Source: a virus (Duplodnaviria; Heunggongvirae; Uroviricota; Caudoviricetes). From it: a stretch of 7,860 bases of DNA. The stretch's first letter is position 1. Every line of letters begins with the position of its first letter. Location: IMG/VR virus record IMGVR_UViG_3300029219_000192; one strand, given 5' to 3'. The position numbers were made by a program, and so were the translations under genes. Positions 1-6,912 of the stretch are shown here, one piece after another. The notes under the pieces are model-generated. The model was given only the letters and a program-made list of their open reading frames with translations. It searched no databases and was not told the DNA's origin.

Positions 1-77
1 TAAGCAGAGTTTTTGAAATGTAAGGCCTTTGAATAAGACAAAAGGCTGCCTCATCGCTAACTTTGCAACAGTGCCCT
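1..77. repeat. Left copy of a perfect 77-bp inverted repeat (partner at 7762-7838); may extend beyond the window edge
   Basis: Bases 1-77 are the exact reverse complement of 7762-7838, checked base by base; first mismatch is at 78 vs 7761. The copy runs to window position 1, so its outer limit is unknown. Confidence 0.95.
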
Positions 78-225
78 TTAAAGCACGTTTTAATCCAGGT
101 CGGCCTGTCCTTATTCCGCTTAATTTATCTTCAAATATTTGTTCACATCCTGCACAAACAAGAGCGTTTCGTTGCAGGTCTGTATTCTGGTCATTTGTTG
201 ATACCCTTACATAGCCAATCAGCAC
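76..225 (-). pseudogene. pin: Serine DNA invertase (Pin/Gin/Hin family), N-terminal 50-codon fragment fused to the inverted-repeat sequence
   Basis: Minus-strand translation from GTG at 223-225, verified codon by codon: MLIGYVRVSTNDQNTDLQRNALVCAGCEQIFEDKLSGIRTGRPGLKRALK. This matches the invertase N-terminus including the catalytic-serine motif VRVSTNDQ; GGGAG lies 7 nt upstream of the start. Homology stops at codon 50 (76-78), exactly at the repeat boundary; the frame then reads GTVAKLAMRQPFVLFKGLTFQKLCL with no stop before the window edge. The catalytic-domain remainder and C-terminal DNA-binding domain are absent. Confidence 0.85.
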
Positions 226-279
226 GCTGAATCTCCCGTCCAAAAGCACAAATCATGCCATGCAGGCCAGAAACCGCCA

Positions 280-305
280 TTATCTAAAACCTCGGTTTAC
301 AGGAA
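280..305. other. pix/gix-like 26-bp crossover site for a Gin-family invertase
   Basis: TTATCTAAAACC-TC-GGTTTACAGGAA at 280-305 fits the gix/hix-type site (two 12-bp inverted half-sites around a 2-bp core; consensus recalled from memory, about one mismatch). It lies between the pin fragment and the tail-fibre cassette, the expected position. No second convincing copy was found in the window. Confidence 0.7.
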
Positions 306-329
306 ACGGTAAACAGGGCCAGGAACGCC

Positions 330-1292
330 GTGCAAAAGAATGGCGATACCTTGTCCGGTGGGCTTACTTTTGAAAACGACTCAATCCTTGCCTGGATTAG
401 AAATACTGACTGGGCAAAGATTGGTTTTAAAAATAATGCCGACAGCGACACTGATTCATACATGTGGTTTGAAACAGGCGACAACGGCAATGAATATTTC
501 AAATGGAGAAGCCGCCAGAGCACCACAACAAAAGACCTGATGACTCTTAAATGGGATGCTTTGTCTGTCCTTGTTAAAGCCCTTTTCAGCAGTGAAGTAA
601 AAATATCGACAGTCAATGCACTGAGGATATTTAATTCATCTTTTGGTGCTATTTTTCGTCGTTCTGAAGAATGCCTGCATATCATCCCTACACGAGAGAA
701 TGAGGGAGAAAATGGTGATATAGGGCCACTACGCCCCTTTACGCTTAATCTCAGAACTGGTCGGATAAGCATGGGGCATGGTCTTGATGTTACAGGGGAT
801 ATATTTGCAAACCGTTTTGCAATTAACAGTAGTACCGGCATGTGGATTCATATGCGTGACCAGAATGTTATTTTGGGACGCAATGCGGTATCCACCGATG
901 GTGCGCAGGCATTACTTCGTCAGGACCACGCTGATCGCAAATTTATGATTGGTGGACTGGGGAATAAGCAATTTGGCATCTACATGATTAATAACTCAAG
1001 GACAGCCAATGGCACCGATGGTCAGGCGTACATGGACAACAATGGCAACTGGCTTTGCGGTGCGCAAGTTATTCCCGGCAATTATGGTAATTTTGACTCA
1101 CGTTATGTGAGAGATGTCCGACTTGGTACACGTGTTGTTCAGACTATGCAAAAAGGCGTGATGTATGAGAAATCAGGTCATGCAATTACGGGGCTTGGCA
1201 TTATCGGTGCAGTTGATGGCGATGATCCGGCAGTATTCAGACCAATACAAAAATACATCAATGGCACATGGTATAACGTCGTACAGGTGTAA
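330..1292 (+). CDS. Side tail fibre protein, C-terminal variable (receptor-binding) cassette; lacks the constant N-terminal part
   Basis: 320-aa ORF from a GTG. The N-terminal region (QKNGDTLSGGLTFENDSILAWIRNTDWAKIGFKNN...YMWFETGDNGNEYFKWR) is the conserved segment found just after the crossover site in Stf-type fibres. The frame is open from 288, just past a TAA at 285-287 inside the pin-proximal pix half-site. It is followed 3 nt later by tfa. No constant tail-fibre region lies upstream. Confidence 0.8.
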   Translation: MQKNGDTLSGGLTFENDSILAWIRNTDWAKIGFKNNADSDTDSYMWFETGDNGNEYFKWRSRQSTTTKDLMTLKWDALSVLVKALFSSEVKISTVNALRIFNSSFGAIFRRSEECLHIIPTRENEGENGDIGPLRPFTLNLRTGRISMGHGLDVTGDIFANRFAINSSTGMWIHMRDQNVILGRNAVSTDGAQALLRQDHADRKFMIGGLGNKQFGIYMINNSRTANGTDGQAYMDNNGNWLCGAQVIPGNYGNFDSRYVRDVRLGTRVVQTMQKGVMYEKSGHAITGLGIIGAVDGDDPAVFRPIQKYINGTWYNVVQV

Positions 1293-1295
1293 TTT

Positions 1296-1823
1296 ATGCA
1301 GCATTTAAAAAATATTAAGTCTGGAAATCCAAAAACAAAAGAACAATATCAGCTAACAAAGAATTTTGATGTTATCTGGTTATGGTCCGAAGACGGAAAA
1401 AACTGGTATGAGGAAGTGAAAAACTTTCAGCCAGACACAATAAAGATTGTTTACGATGCAAATAATATTATTGTCGCCATCACCAAAGATGCCTCCACGC
1501 TTAACCCTGAAGGTTATAGCGTCGTTGAGGTTCCAGATATTACAGCCAACCGCTGCGCTGATGATTCCAGTAAGTGGATGTTTAGGGACGGAGCTGTGGT
1601 TAAACGGATTTATACGGCAGACGAGCAACAACAACAGGCCGAATCACAAAAGGCCGCATTGCTTTCCGAAGCTGAATCAGTCATCCAACCGCTGGAACGC
1701 GCTGTCAGGCTGAATATGGCAACAGACGAGGAACGCACACGACTGGAAGCATGGGAACGCTACAGTGTTCTGGTCAGCCGTGTGGATACGGCAAATCCTG
1801 AATGGCCACAAAAACCAGAGTAA
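1296..1823 (+). CDS. tfa: Tail fibre assembly protein (lambda Tfa family)
   Basis: 175-aa ORF starting 3 nt after the tail-fibre stop. The C-terminal region ([34 protein letters not shown]) closely resembles the lambda Tfa C-terminus (EAW..Y.VL..RVDT...EWP). Confidence 0.85.
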   Translation: MQHLKNIKSGNPKTKEQYQLTKNFDVIWLWSEDGKNWYEEVKNFQPDTIKIVYDANNIIVAITKDASTLNPEGYSVVEVPDITANRCADDSSKWMFRDGAVVKRIYTADEQQQQAESQKAALLSEAESVIQPLERAVRLNMATDEERTRLEAWERYSVLVSRVDTANPEWPQKPE

Positions 1824-1826
1824 AAA

Positions 1827-2258
1827 TTAAGGCCCGATACCGGGCAAAACATCCGTCAACAGTTCATCAATTTCTGTCGGGCCGAAGCCTGTCAGGGAGA
1901 CATCAAAATCAGCATTGATTAGGTCCGACAGCTCCATCCGCAACAGATCTTCATCCCAGCCAGCATTCATCGGTAGGCGATTATCTGCCAGGCGGTACGC
2001 CTTTTTCTGCTCATCCGTCAGGCCAGACAGAACAATGACCGGAACAGAATCCATTTTGAGCATTTCAGCCGCCATAACACGACCGTGACCCGCAATAATT
2101 TCGCCCTTTTCGTCAATCAGCACCGGATTAGTCCAGCCGAATTGCTTAATACTTTCTACCAGTTGTGCCACCTGCTCAGTACTGTGCGTCCTGGCGTTGT
2201 GCGCATACGGTGACAATTCTTGTAATGGGCGATAGACTATCTTTAATTTCTCGCTCAT
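1827..2258 (-). CDS. ParB-like nuclease-domain protein (ynaK-like by position next to trkG)
   Basis: 143-aa ORF with an AAGG RBS. The N-terminal region (PLQELSPYAHNARTHSTEQVAQLVESIKQFGWTNPVLI) resembles ParB/sulfiredoxin-type domains. It sits directly downstream of trkG, as ynaK does in the Rac prophage. Its stop codon is 3 nt from the convergent tfa stop. Confidence 0.6.
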   Translation of the reverse strand: MSEKLKIVYRPLQELSPYAHNARTHSTEQVAQLVESIKQFGWTNPVLIDEKGEIIAGHGRVMAAEMLKMDSVPVIVLSGLTDEQKKAYRLADNRLPMNAGWDEDLLRMELSDLINADFDVSLTGFGPTEIDELLTDVLPGIGP

Positions 2259-2395
2259 ACAGCCTTGCTTTATGAATAAAACGCACCCCAGCAGCCAGTG
2301 CTACTGGGGGCGGAGGTGTTGCTGGTAAAGTTAGGTATTGGATCAATGAGTGAGTCAATATAATATTAAACTCACAATTATAAATCAGCCATATA

Positions 2396-3853
2396 TTAGG
2401 AGCGCCAAAAAAAACCTGAAAACAATATAATAACAGGATAAATTTCAAGGCGACCAAGAATCATAGCTATGCACATTAAATATTTTGCAATGTCATTAAG
2501 CACTCCGAATGACGATGCAGTAGCCCCAAAACCTAATCCCATATTATTAATACATGCAGCCACTGTTGCAAATGATGTAAGAAAATCATATCCCATACCA
2601 TTTAACACCAGTATAAAAAACACCGTGAAGAGAGTATAAAGAAAAAAGAAACTCCATACAGACCTCATTACACGATCTGTAACTATCTTCCCTCCTACAT
2701 TTACACTCAACAACGCTCTGGGATGAGAAAGCTGATTTATCTCGTGTTTGCTTTGTTTGAAAAGTATAAGAAATCGAAGTGACTTAATTCCACCACAAGT
2801 TGAACCTATACATCCCCCAAAGAAACTTGACGACAGCAAAAACACTATCGTGTGCGTGGGCCAGTTTGCATAATCCTGCGTAGCTAAACCATTATCAGTG
2901 AGCATGGAGCTGGCAAGAAAAAACGAATGAATAAAACTTCCATGCAAGTCATACATACCTATATGCCAGACCTGGAAAGAGGTAACAATGATCACCCCTA
3001 AGGCTATTAACAGAAAGAAACGAAGTTCAATATCTCTGATTAAAGGTTTTATCGTTTTCCTGCTAATAACAATATACCAAAGAGTGAAGTTGAAAGCCGA
3101 TAGCAGGGAAAAAGAACCAGCCACCAGCTCAACCAAATAGTTATTAAAATATCCGATACTCTCGCTATGAGTTGAGAAACCACCAAGCGAAACTGTGGAA
3201 ATCCCGTGACAAATAGCATCAAACAAAGGCATTCCTGCAAGTCTATAACAGACAATACAAGCAATACCTAATAAAGAATAAGTTATCCACAGTGTCCGTG
3301 ACGTATCGGCCAGGCGGGGAGTGAGTTTGTCATCCTTAAATGGCCCCGGCATTTCTGACTGATAAAGCTTTGTACCACCAATACCCAATAATGGCAATAC
3401 AGCAACCGCCAGAACAATAACTCCTAAACCACCTATAAAATTTAACTGTGACCGATAGTACAAATATGCCCGAGGTAATGAACTAACATCATCAATTACA
3501 GTTGCTCCTGTTGTTGTTATTCCAGAAACCCCTTCAAACAGAGCATCAATGAACGTTAAATTAAGTTCTGAGTCAATCCATAAAGGGAATGCACTAATAA
3601 CAGAAAACAAAATCCAAAACATTACAATTATAATAAACCCATCACGGGTACGTAATTGAATGCCAGATTTCTTAGTTGTATACCACGCTCCGCCACCAAT
3701 GCAAAAAAATATAACGAAAGTTATAAAGAAAACGAACAGGCTTTTTTCTTTATAAAACAATGCTACAACCATTGGTGGCAACATTGAAAGACTATAGAGC
3801 CAAACCAGGAACCCACACATATGAGTAACAACTCTTACATGAGATGTATTCAT
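2396..3853 (-). CDS. trkG: Trk-system potassium uptake protein, TrkH/TrkG family membrane subunit (prophage-borne)
   Basis: Long, very hydrophobic ORF with repeated glycine-rich pore-loop-like segments (ITTTGATV, FIGGLGVIVL, STVSLGGFSTH, FGGCIGSTCGGIK). It is strikingly AT-rich compared with its neighbours and lies beside Rz/Rz1, as in Rac. The start is taken as the ATG at 3851-3853 (MNTSHVRV..., 485 aa); the ORF-track start at 3871 is a TTG. Confidence 0.85.
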   Translation of the reverse strand: MNTSHVRVVTHMCGFLVWLYSLSMLPPMVVALFYKEKSLFVFFITFVIFFCIGGGAWYTTKKSGIQLRTRDGFIIIVMFWILFSVISAFPLWIDSELNLTFIDALFEGVSGITTTGATVIDDVSSLPRAYLYYRSQLNFIGGLGVIVLAVAVLPLLGIGGTKLYQSEMPGPFKDDKLTPRLADTSRTLWITYSLLGIACIVCYRLAGMPLFDAICHGISTVSLGGFSTHSESIGYFNNYLVELVAGSFSLLSAFNFTLWYIVISRKTIKPLIRDIELRFFLLIALGVIIVTSFQVWHIGMYDLHGSFIHSFFLASSMLTDNGLATQDYANWPTHTIVFLLSSSFFGGCIGSTCGGIKSLRFLILFKQSKHEINQLSHPRALLSVNVGGKIVTDRVMRSVWSFFFLYTLFTVFFILVLNGMGYDFLTSFATVAACINNMGLGFGATASSFGVLNDIAKYLMCIAMILGRLEIYPVIILFSGFFWRS

Positions 3854-3990
3854 ATCTAAATATTCTTTCAATTATAACCACCTTGCTGCAATATTATGAT
3901 TATACTGTATAAAATTTAACTCCTCTTAGATCTTACTTCACTGTTCCTTATGAAACAATCATCAAAATGAATCATATTGTAGTTAAGATT

Positions 3991-4455
3991 TTACTTTAAA
4001 CACTGCTCGGTTATGTATTGCTGAGCACCTTCAAGTTGGGCCTGCATCATTACCAGTCGTTCCCGGAGGGTGAAATAATCCCGTTCAGCGGTGTCTGCCA
4101 GTCGGGGGGAGGCTGCATTATCCACGCCGGAGGCGGTGGTGGCTTCACGCACTGACTGACAGACTGCTTTGATGTGCAACCGACGACGACCAGCGGCAAC
4201 ATCATCACGCAGAGCATCATTTTCAGCTTTCGCATCAGCTAACTCCTTCGTGTATTTTGCATCGAGCGCAGCAACATCACGCTGACGCATCTGCATGTCA
4301 GTAATTGCCGCGTTCGCCAGCTTCAGTTCTCTGGCATTTTTGTCGCGCTGGGCTTTGTAGGTAATGGCGTTATCACGGTAATGATTAACAGCCCATGACA
4401 GGCAGACGATGATGCAGATAACCAGAGCGGAGATAATCGCGGTTACCCTGCTCAT
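3991..4455 (-). CDS. Rz: Rz i-spanin (inner-membrane lysis protein)
   Basis: Near-identical to lambda Rz along its length ([68 protein letters not shown]...). The start is taken as the ATG at 4453-4455, which overlaps the upstream endolysin-remnant stop as ATGA; the track start at 4467 is a GTG. Confidence 0.9.
   Translation of the reverse strand: MSRVTAIISALVICIIVCLSWAVNHYRDNAITYKAQRDKNARELKLANAAITDMQMRQRDVAALDAKYTKELADAKAENDALRDDVAAGRRRLHIKAVCQSVREATTASGVDNAASPRLADTAERDYFTLRERLVMMQAQLEGAQQYITEQCLK
4050..4235 (-). CDS. Rz1: Rz1 o-spanin (outer-membrane lipoprotein), embedded in Rz in the +1 frame
   Basis: 61-aa ORF wholly inside Rz. It has a lipoprotein signal with lipobox LVVVGC and a proline-rich region ([24 protein letters not shown]), matching lambda Rz1. 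Confidence 0.85.
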   Translation of the reverse strand: MRKLKMMLCVMMLPLVVVGCTSKQSVSQCVKPPPPPAWIMQPPPDWQTPLNGIISPSGNDW

Positions 4456-4676
4456 TGTTGCCCCCACAAACAGACCTCACGCTCAATCTCACGACGAGTC
4501 ATCAGGCCTTTCCATTGCTTACCGCCAGCGTATGCCCAGCGACGTAGCTGGTCACATGCGCCCTTGATATCGCCCTGGTTTATTTTGCGAAGAAGAGTAG
4601 ATGTTCTGAAATTGCCTGCGCCCACGTTATAGACGAACGAGTAAAGAGCGCCGCGCGTTGTTTCCGGTAGGTGCGA
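4452..4676 (-). pseudogene. Phage endolysin (lysozyme, R21/RrrD-like) 3' remnant: about the last 70 codons only
   Basis: Minus-strand frame ending at the TGA that overlaps the Rz start: ...[71 protein letters not shown]. This matches the C-terminus of lambdoid lysozymes (from memory). The frame is closed upstream by a TGA (plus 4677-4679) with no start codon; the N-terminal catalytic part and the holin gene are absent. Confidence 0.6.
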
Positions 4677-4794
4677 TCACTTTCGTCTACTCCGTTACAA
4701 AGCGAGGCTGGGTATTTCCCGGCCTTTCTGTTATCAGAAATCCCCTGAAAGCACAGCGGCTGGCTGAGGAGATAAATAATAAACGGGGGGCTGT

Positions 4795-4986
4795 ATGCAC
4801 AAAGCATCTCCTGTTGAGTTAAGAACGTGTATCGAGATGGCACATAGCCTCGCTCAAATTGGAGTCAGGTTTGTGCCAATACCAGTAGAAACAGACGAAG
4901 AATTTCATACGTTAGCCGCATCCCTTTCACAAAAGCTGGAAATGATGGTGGCGAAAGCAGAAGCAGATGAGAGAGACCAGGTATGA
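4795..4986 (+). CDS. Small early-region protein, YdfA-like (63 aa)
   Basis: ATG ORF with a G-rich RBS, MHKASPVELRTCIEMAHSLAQIGVRFVPIPVETDEEFHTLAASLSQKLEMMVAKAEADERDQV. Its stop overlaps the next start as ATGA. It resembles, from memory, the first gene of the ydfA-ydfB-ydfC trio of the Qin prophage. Confidence 0.5.
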   Translation: MHKASPVELRTCIEMAHSLAQIGVRFVPIPVETDEEFHTLAASLSQKLEMMVAKAEADERDQV

Positions 4987-5066
4987 CAACCACTGAATGC
5001 ATTTTTCTGGCAGCGGGCTTCATATTCTGTGTGCTTATGCTTGCCGACATGGGGCTTGTTCAATGA
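4983..5066 (+). CDS. Small hydrophobic peptide, YdfB-like (27 aa)
   Basis: MTTTECIFLAAGFIFCVLMLADMGLVQ, a single predicted transmembrane helix. ATGA overlaps with both neighbours suggest translational coupling. The alternative reading is that the next gene starts at 4997 in another frame (93-aa track ORF). Confidence 0.35.
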   Translation: MTTTECIFLAAGFIFCVLMLADMGLVQ

Positions 5067-5278
5067 CACCTCAGCAAGAAAACGCCCTTCGCAGCATTGC
5101 CCGTCAGGCTAATTCTGAAATCAAAAAAGCCAGACAGCAGTTTCCGGATAAAAACGTCGATGACATTTGCCGTAGCGTACTGAAGAAGCACCGCGAAACG
5201 GTAACGCTGATGGGATTCACACCGACTCATTTAAGCCTGGCAATCGGCATGTTAAACGGCGTCTTTAAGGAACGATGA
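5063..5278 (+). CDS. Small early-region protein, YdfC-like (71 aa)
   Basis: MTPQQENALRSIARQANSEIKKARQQFPDKNVDDICRSVLKKHRETVTLMGFTPTHLSLAIGMLNGVFKER. The start overlaps the upstream stop as ATGA. Same frame as the 93-aa track ORF (4997-5278), but the coupled start at 5063 is preferred. Confidence 0.5.
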   Translation: MTPQQENALRSIARQANSEIKKARQQFPDKNVDDICRSVLKKHRETVTLMGFTPTHLSLAIGMLNGVFKER

Positions 5279-5299
5279 ACATGAAAAGCAAAATTATCA

Positions 5300-5324
5300 G
5301 GGAGCTACAGGCTCCTTTTTTATT
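5300..5324 (+). terminator. Short GC hairpin plus T-tract (weak intrinsic terminator or small-RNA 3' end)
   Basis: GGAGC (5301-5305) pairs with GCTCC (5311-5315) around a 5-nt loop, followed by TTTTTTATT. The stem is only 5 bp, so confidence is low. Confidence 0.25.
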
Positions 5325-5376
5325 GCTCGCATTTACCCCCAAGCGTATTAACCAACAATTCAGGGATTAATGGAAG

Positions 5377-5598
5377 ATGGCAGACATCATTGATTCAGCA
5401 TCAGAAATTGAAGAATTACAGCGCAACACAGCAATAAAAATGCGCCGCCTGAACCACCAGGCTGTATCTGCCACTCATTGTTGTGAGTGTGGCGATCCCA
5501 TAGATGAGCTAAGACGCCTGGCCGTTCAGGGTTGTCGGACTTGTGCAAGTTGCCAGGAAGATCTGGAGCTTATCAGTAAACAGAGAGGTTCGAAGTGA
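5377..5598 (+). CDS. DksA/TraR-family C4-type zinc-finger protein (phage TraR-like)
   Basis: 73-aa ORF with four-cysteine motif ...HCCECGDPIDELRRLAVQGCRTCASCQ... Size and motif are typical of TraR-like proteins in lambdoid early regions. Confidence 0.8.
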   Translation: MADIIDSASEIEELQRNTAIKMRRLNHQAVSATHCCECGDPIDELRRLAVQGCRTCASCQEDLELISKQRGSK

Positions 5599-5846
5599 GC
5601 GTAATTCACTCTCAGGCACTGCGTGAAGCGGCAGAGCAGGCAATGCCTGACAACTGGGGATTTGACGCGGACCTTTTCCATGAGCTGGTAACACCATCGA
5701 TTGTGCTGACACTGCTGGATGAACGGGAAAGAAACCAGCAATACATCAAACGCCGCGACCAGGAGAACGAGGATATTGCGCTAACGGTGGGGAAACTGCG
5801 TGTTGAGCTGGAGACAGCAAAAATCAAAACTCAACGAGCAGCGTGA
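5595..5846 (+). CDS. Ead/Ea22-like early protein, N-terminal part; ORF closed by TGA but coding-like frame continues to 6008
   Basis: GTG start overlapping the TraR-like stop (GTGA). MSVIHSQALREAAEQAMPDNWGFDADLFHELVTPSIVLTLLDERERNQQYIKRRDQENEDIALTVGKLRVELETAKIKTQRAA resembles Ea22-family N-termini (from memory). After the TGA at 5844-5846 the same frame stays open for 53 more codons. Confidence 0.45.
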   Translation: MSVIHSQALREAAEQAMPDNWGFDADLFHELVTPSIVLTLLDERERNQQYIKRRDQENEDIALTVGKLRVELETAKIKTQRAA

Positions 5847-6144
5847 GTAGAAGGTGTTATCTCGGATGGAAGTAAGCGTATTGCTGAACTGGAGGCCTGG
5901 GTTGAATACACAAGAGCTGCATACGTAAGAGCAAAAGACAAGGGAGATTTGATCAGAGTTATTACCCGCCAACCAACGGGATTTTACGCTTACGTACCAT
6001 GTAATTAGGAATCCTTGAAGTGGCAGCCTAACTGCGGATACACTGAAATGGCGATTTGGTAACATGTTTCGCACAAGGCTGTTACTACACTTAGAGATAA
6101 TCAGCCATGATTAAACGCTTTGTAAAAAGTAAAAGGAAATTACA

Positions 6145-6759
6145 ATGAAAAAATCAATACTAATTTTAGGGCTTACGTTAATTGTCTCATCTCAAATACC
6201 ATCGGCAATGGCAAAAAATGAATCAAAACTATGGGTTGTTGTTGATCGAACGGAAAGACATACCTGCCCTTCAAGTAAATGTGGAGTGGCTGGGAAACTA
6301 TTTTTCAGGGAAGGCGTAGATTTTCTAGAAAAAAAAGGTGAATGGGTTCGTATAACTGAGCCATATTCAGCCTCATGTGTTGGAGGGGAAAGCGAATATA
6401 TTAAAGAAGGTAATAAATCCTGCACAAGAAAAAATGGAATCGTTAATGGCAAGTTTTCAGAATGGGTTAAACTTAGTGATCTTAGCAGTGAAAGGCCATC
6501 AGATCCTGCTGAAAATGCGAGCGGAGATGATACTTTAATCAAAGGATCTGATGACTACCGTATATACAAAAAAGAGTTTTCTTCGGCAGCTAGGAAGTTA
6601 ATAAATGAAGGGGTCTGCACGGAAAGCGATTTTAAGGAAATCGGAGGGTGGATGGCATCAAGCAATAAGGGTGAAAACATCTATTTCACATATTGCGGAG
6701 GAATGACGTTGTCGAACAGAATATACCTAGATGTTAAAAGTGGAAAGACTTTTAGATAA
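6145..6759 (+). CDS. Secreted (Sec signal peptide) cysteine-containing protein of unknown function; AT-rich cargo gene
   Basis: 204-aa ORF with an AAGGAA RBS. N-terminal MKKSILILGLTLIVSSQIPSAMA-KNE is a typical signal peptide with an AxA cleavage site and no lipobox. Several Cys lie in the mature part. Composition is visibly AT-rich compared with flanking genes, and a strong terminator follows. Confidence 0.7.
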   Translation: MKKSILILGLTLIVSSQIPSAMAKNESKLWVVVDRTERHTCPSSKCGVAGKLFFREGVDFLEKKGEWVRITEPYSASCVGGESEYIKEGNKSCTRKNGIVNGKFSEWVKLSDLSSERPSDPAENASGDDTLIKGSDDYRIYKKEFSSAARKLINEGVCTESDFKEIGGWMASSNKGENIYFTYCGGMTLSNRIYLDVKSGKTFR

Positions 6760-6829
6760 TATGATATTACCAATGACAGTATTGATTTAATGCCTCCATA
6801 GAATTATCTCTAGGAAGTAGGTATAAGAA

Positions 6830-6866
6830 AAGCCCGCACAATGAGCTGCTGCGGGCTTTGTGTTAT
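6830..6866 (+). terminator. Rho-independent terminator downstream of the secreted-protein gene
   Basis: AAGCCCGCA (6830-6838) pairs with TGCGGGCTT (6850-6858) around an 11-nt loop, followed by TTTGTGTTATT. Confidence 0.7.
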
Positions 6867-6912
6867 TCGCCATATTTTATGAAGCAAATACGACACTATA
6901 GATAATTAAGCG

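Noticed and set aside
29-214. 61-aa plus-strand ORF
   Set aside because: It lies antisense to the well-supported pin N-terminal coding sequence and has no recognisable features.
284-841. 185-aa minus-strand ORF (also 340-540 plus-strand, 66 aa)
   Set aside because: Both lie entirely inside the tail-fibre cassette, in antisense or alternate frame, with no protein-like features.
1380-1713. ORFs 1380-1634 (minus) and 1447-1713 (plus)
   Set aside because: Both are embedded within the clearly homologous tfa gene and are likely spurious.
2176-3264. Minus-strand ORFs 2176-2457 and 3049-3264
   Set aside because: The first overlaps the trkG 3' end and the intergenic region with low-complexity translation; the second is an alternate frame inside trkG.
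4580-4843. 87-aa minus-strand ORF
   Set aside because: It is an out-of-frame reading across the endolysin remnant and overlaps the YdfA-like start; the lysozyme-homologous frame is the other one (4452-4676).
4997-5278. 93-aa ORF with upstream start
   Set aside because: Same frame as the YdfC-like gene; the ATGA-coupled start at 5063 is preferred. The longer start cannot be excluded without homology data.
5844-5846. Selenocysteine recoding at the in-frame TGA
   Set aside because: No SECIS-like hairpin is evident immediately downstream and there is no selenoprotein context; a nonsense mutation is more likely.
4865-6542. Antisense ORFs 4865-5050, 5509-5712, 5526-5741, 5612-5827, 5781-6074 and 6192-6542
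   Set aside because: All overlap better-supported plus-strand genes on the opposite strand and have low-complexity or non-protein-like translations.
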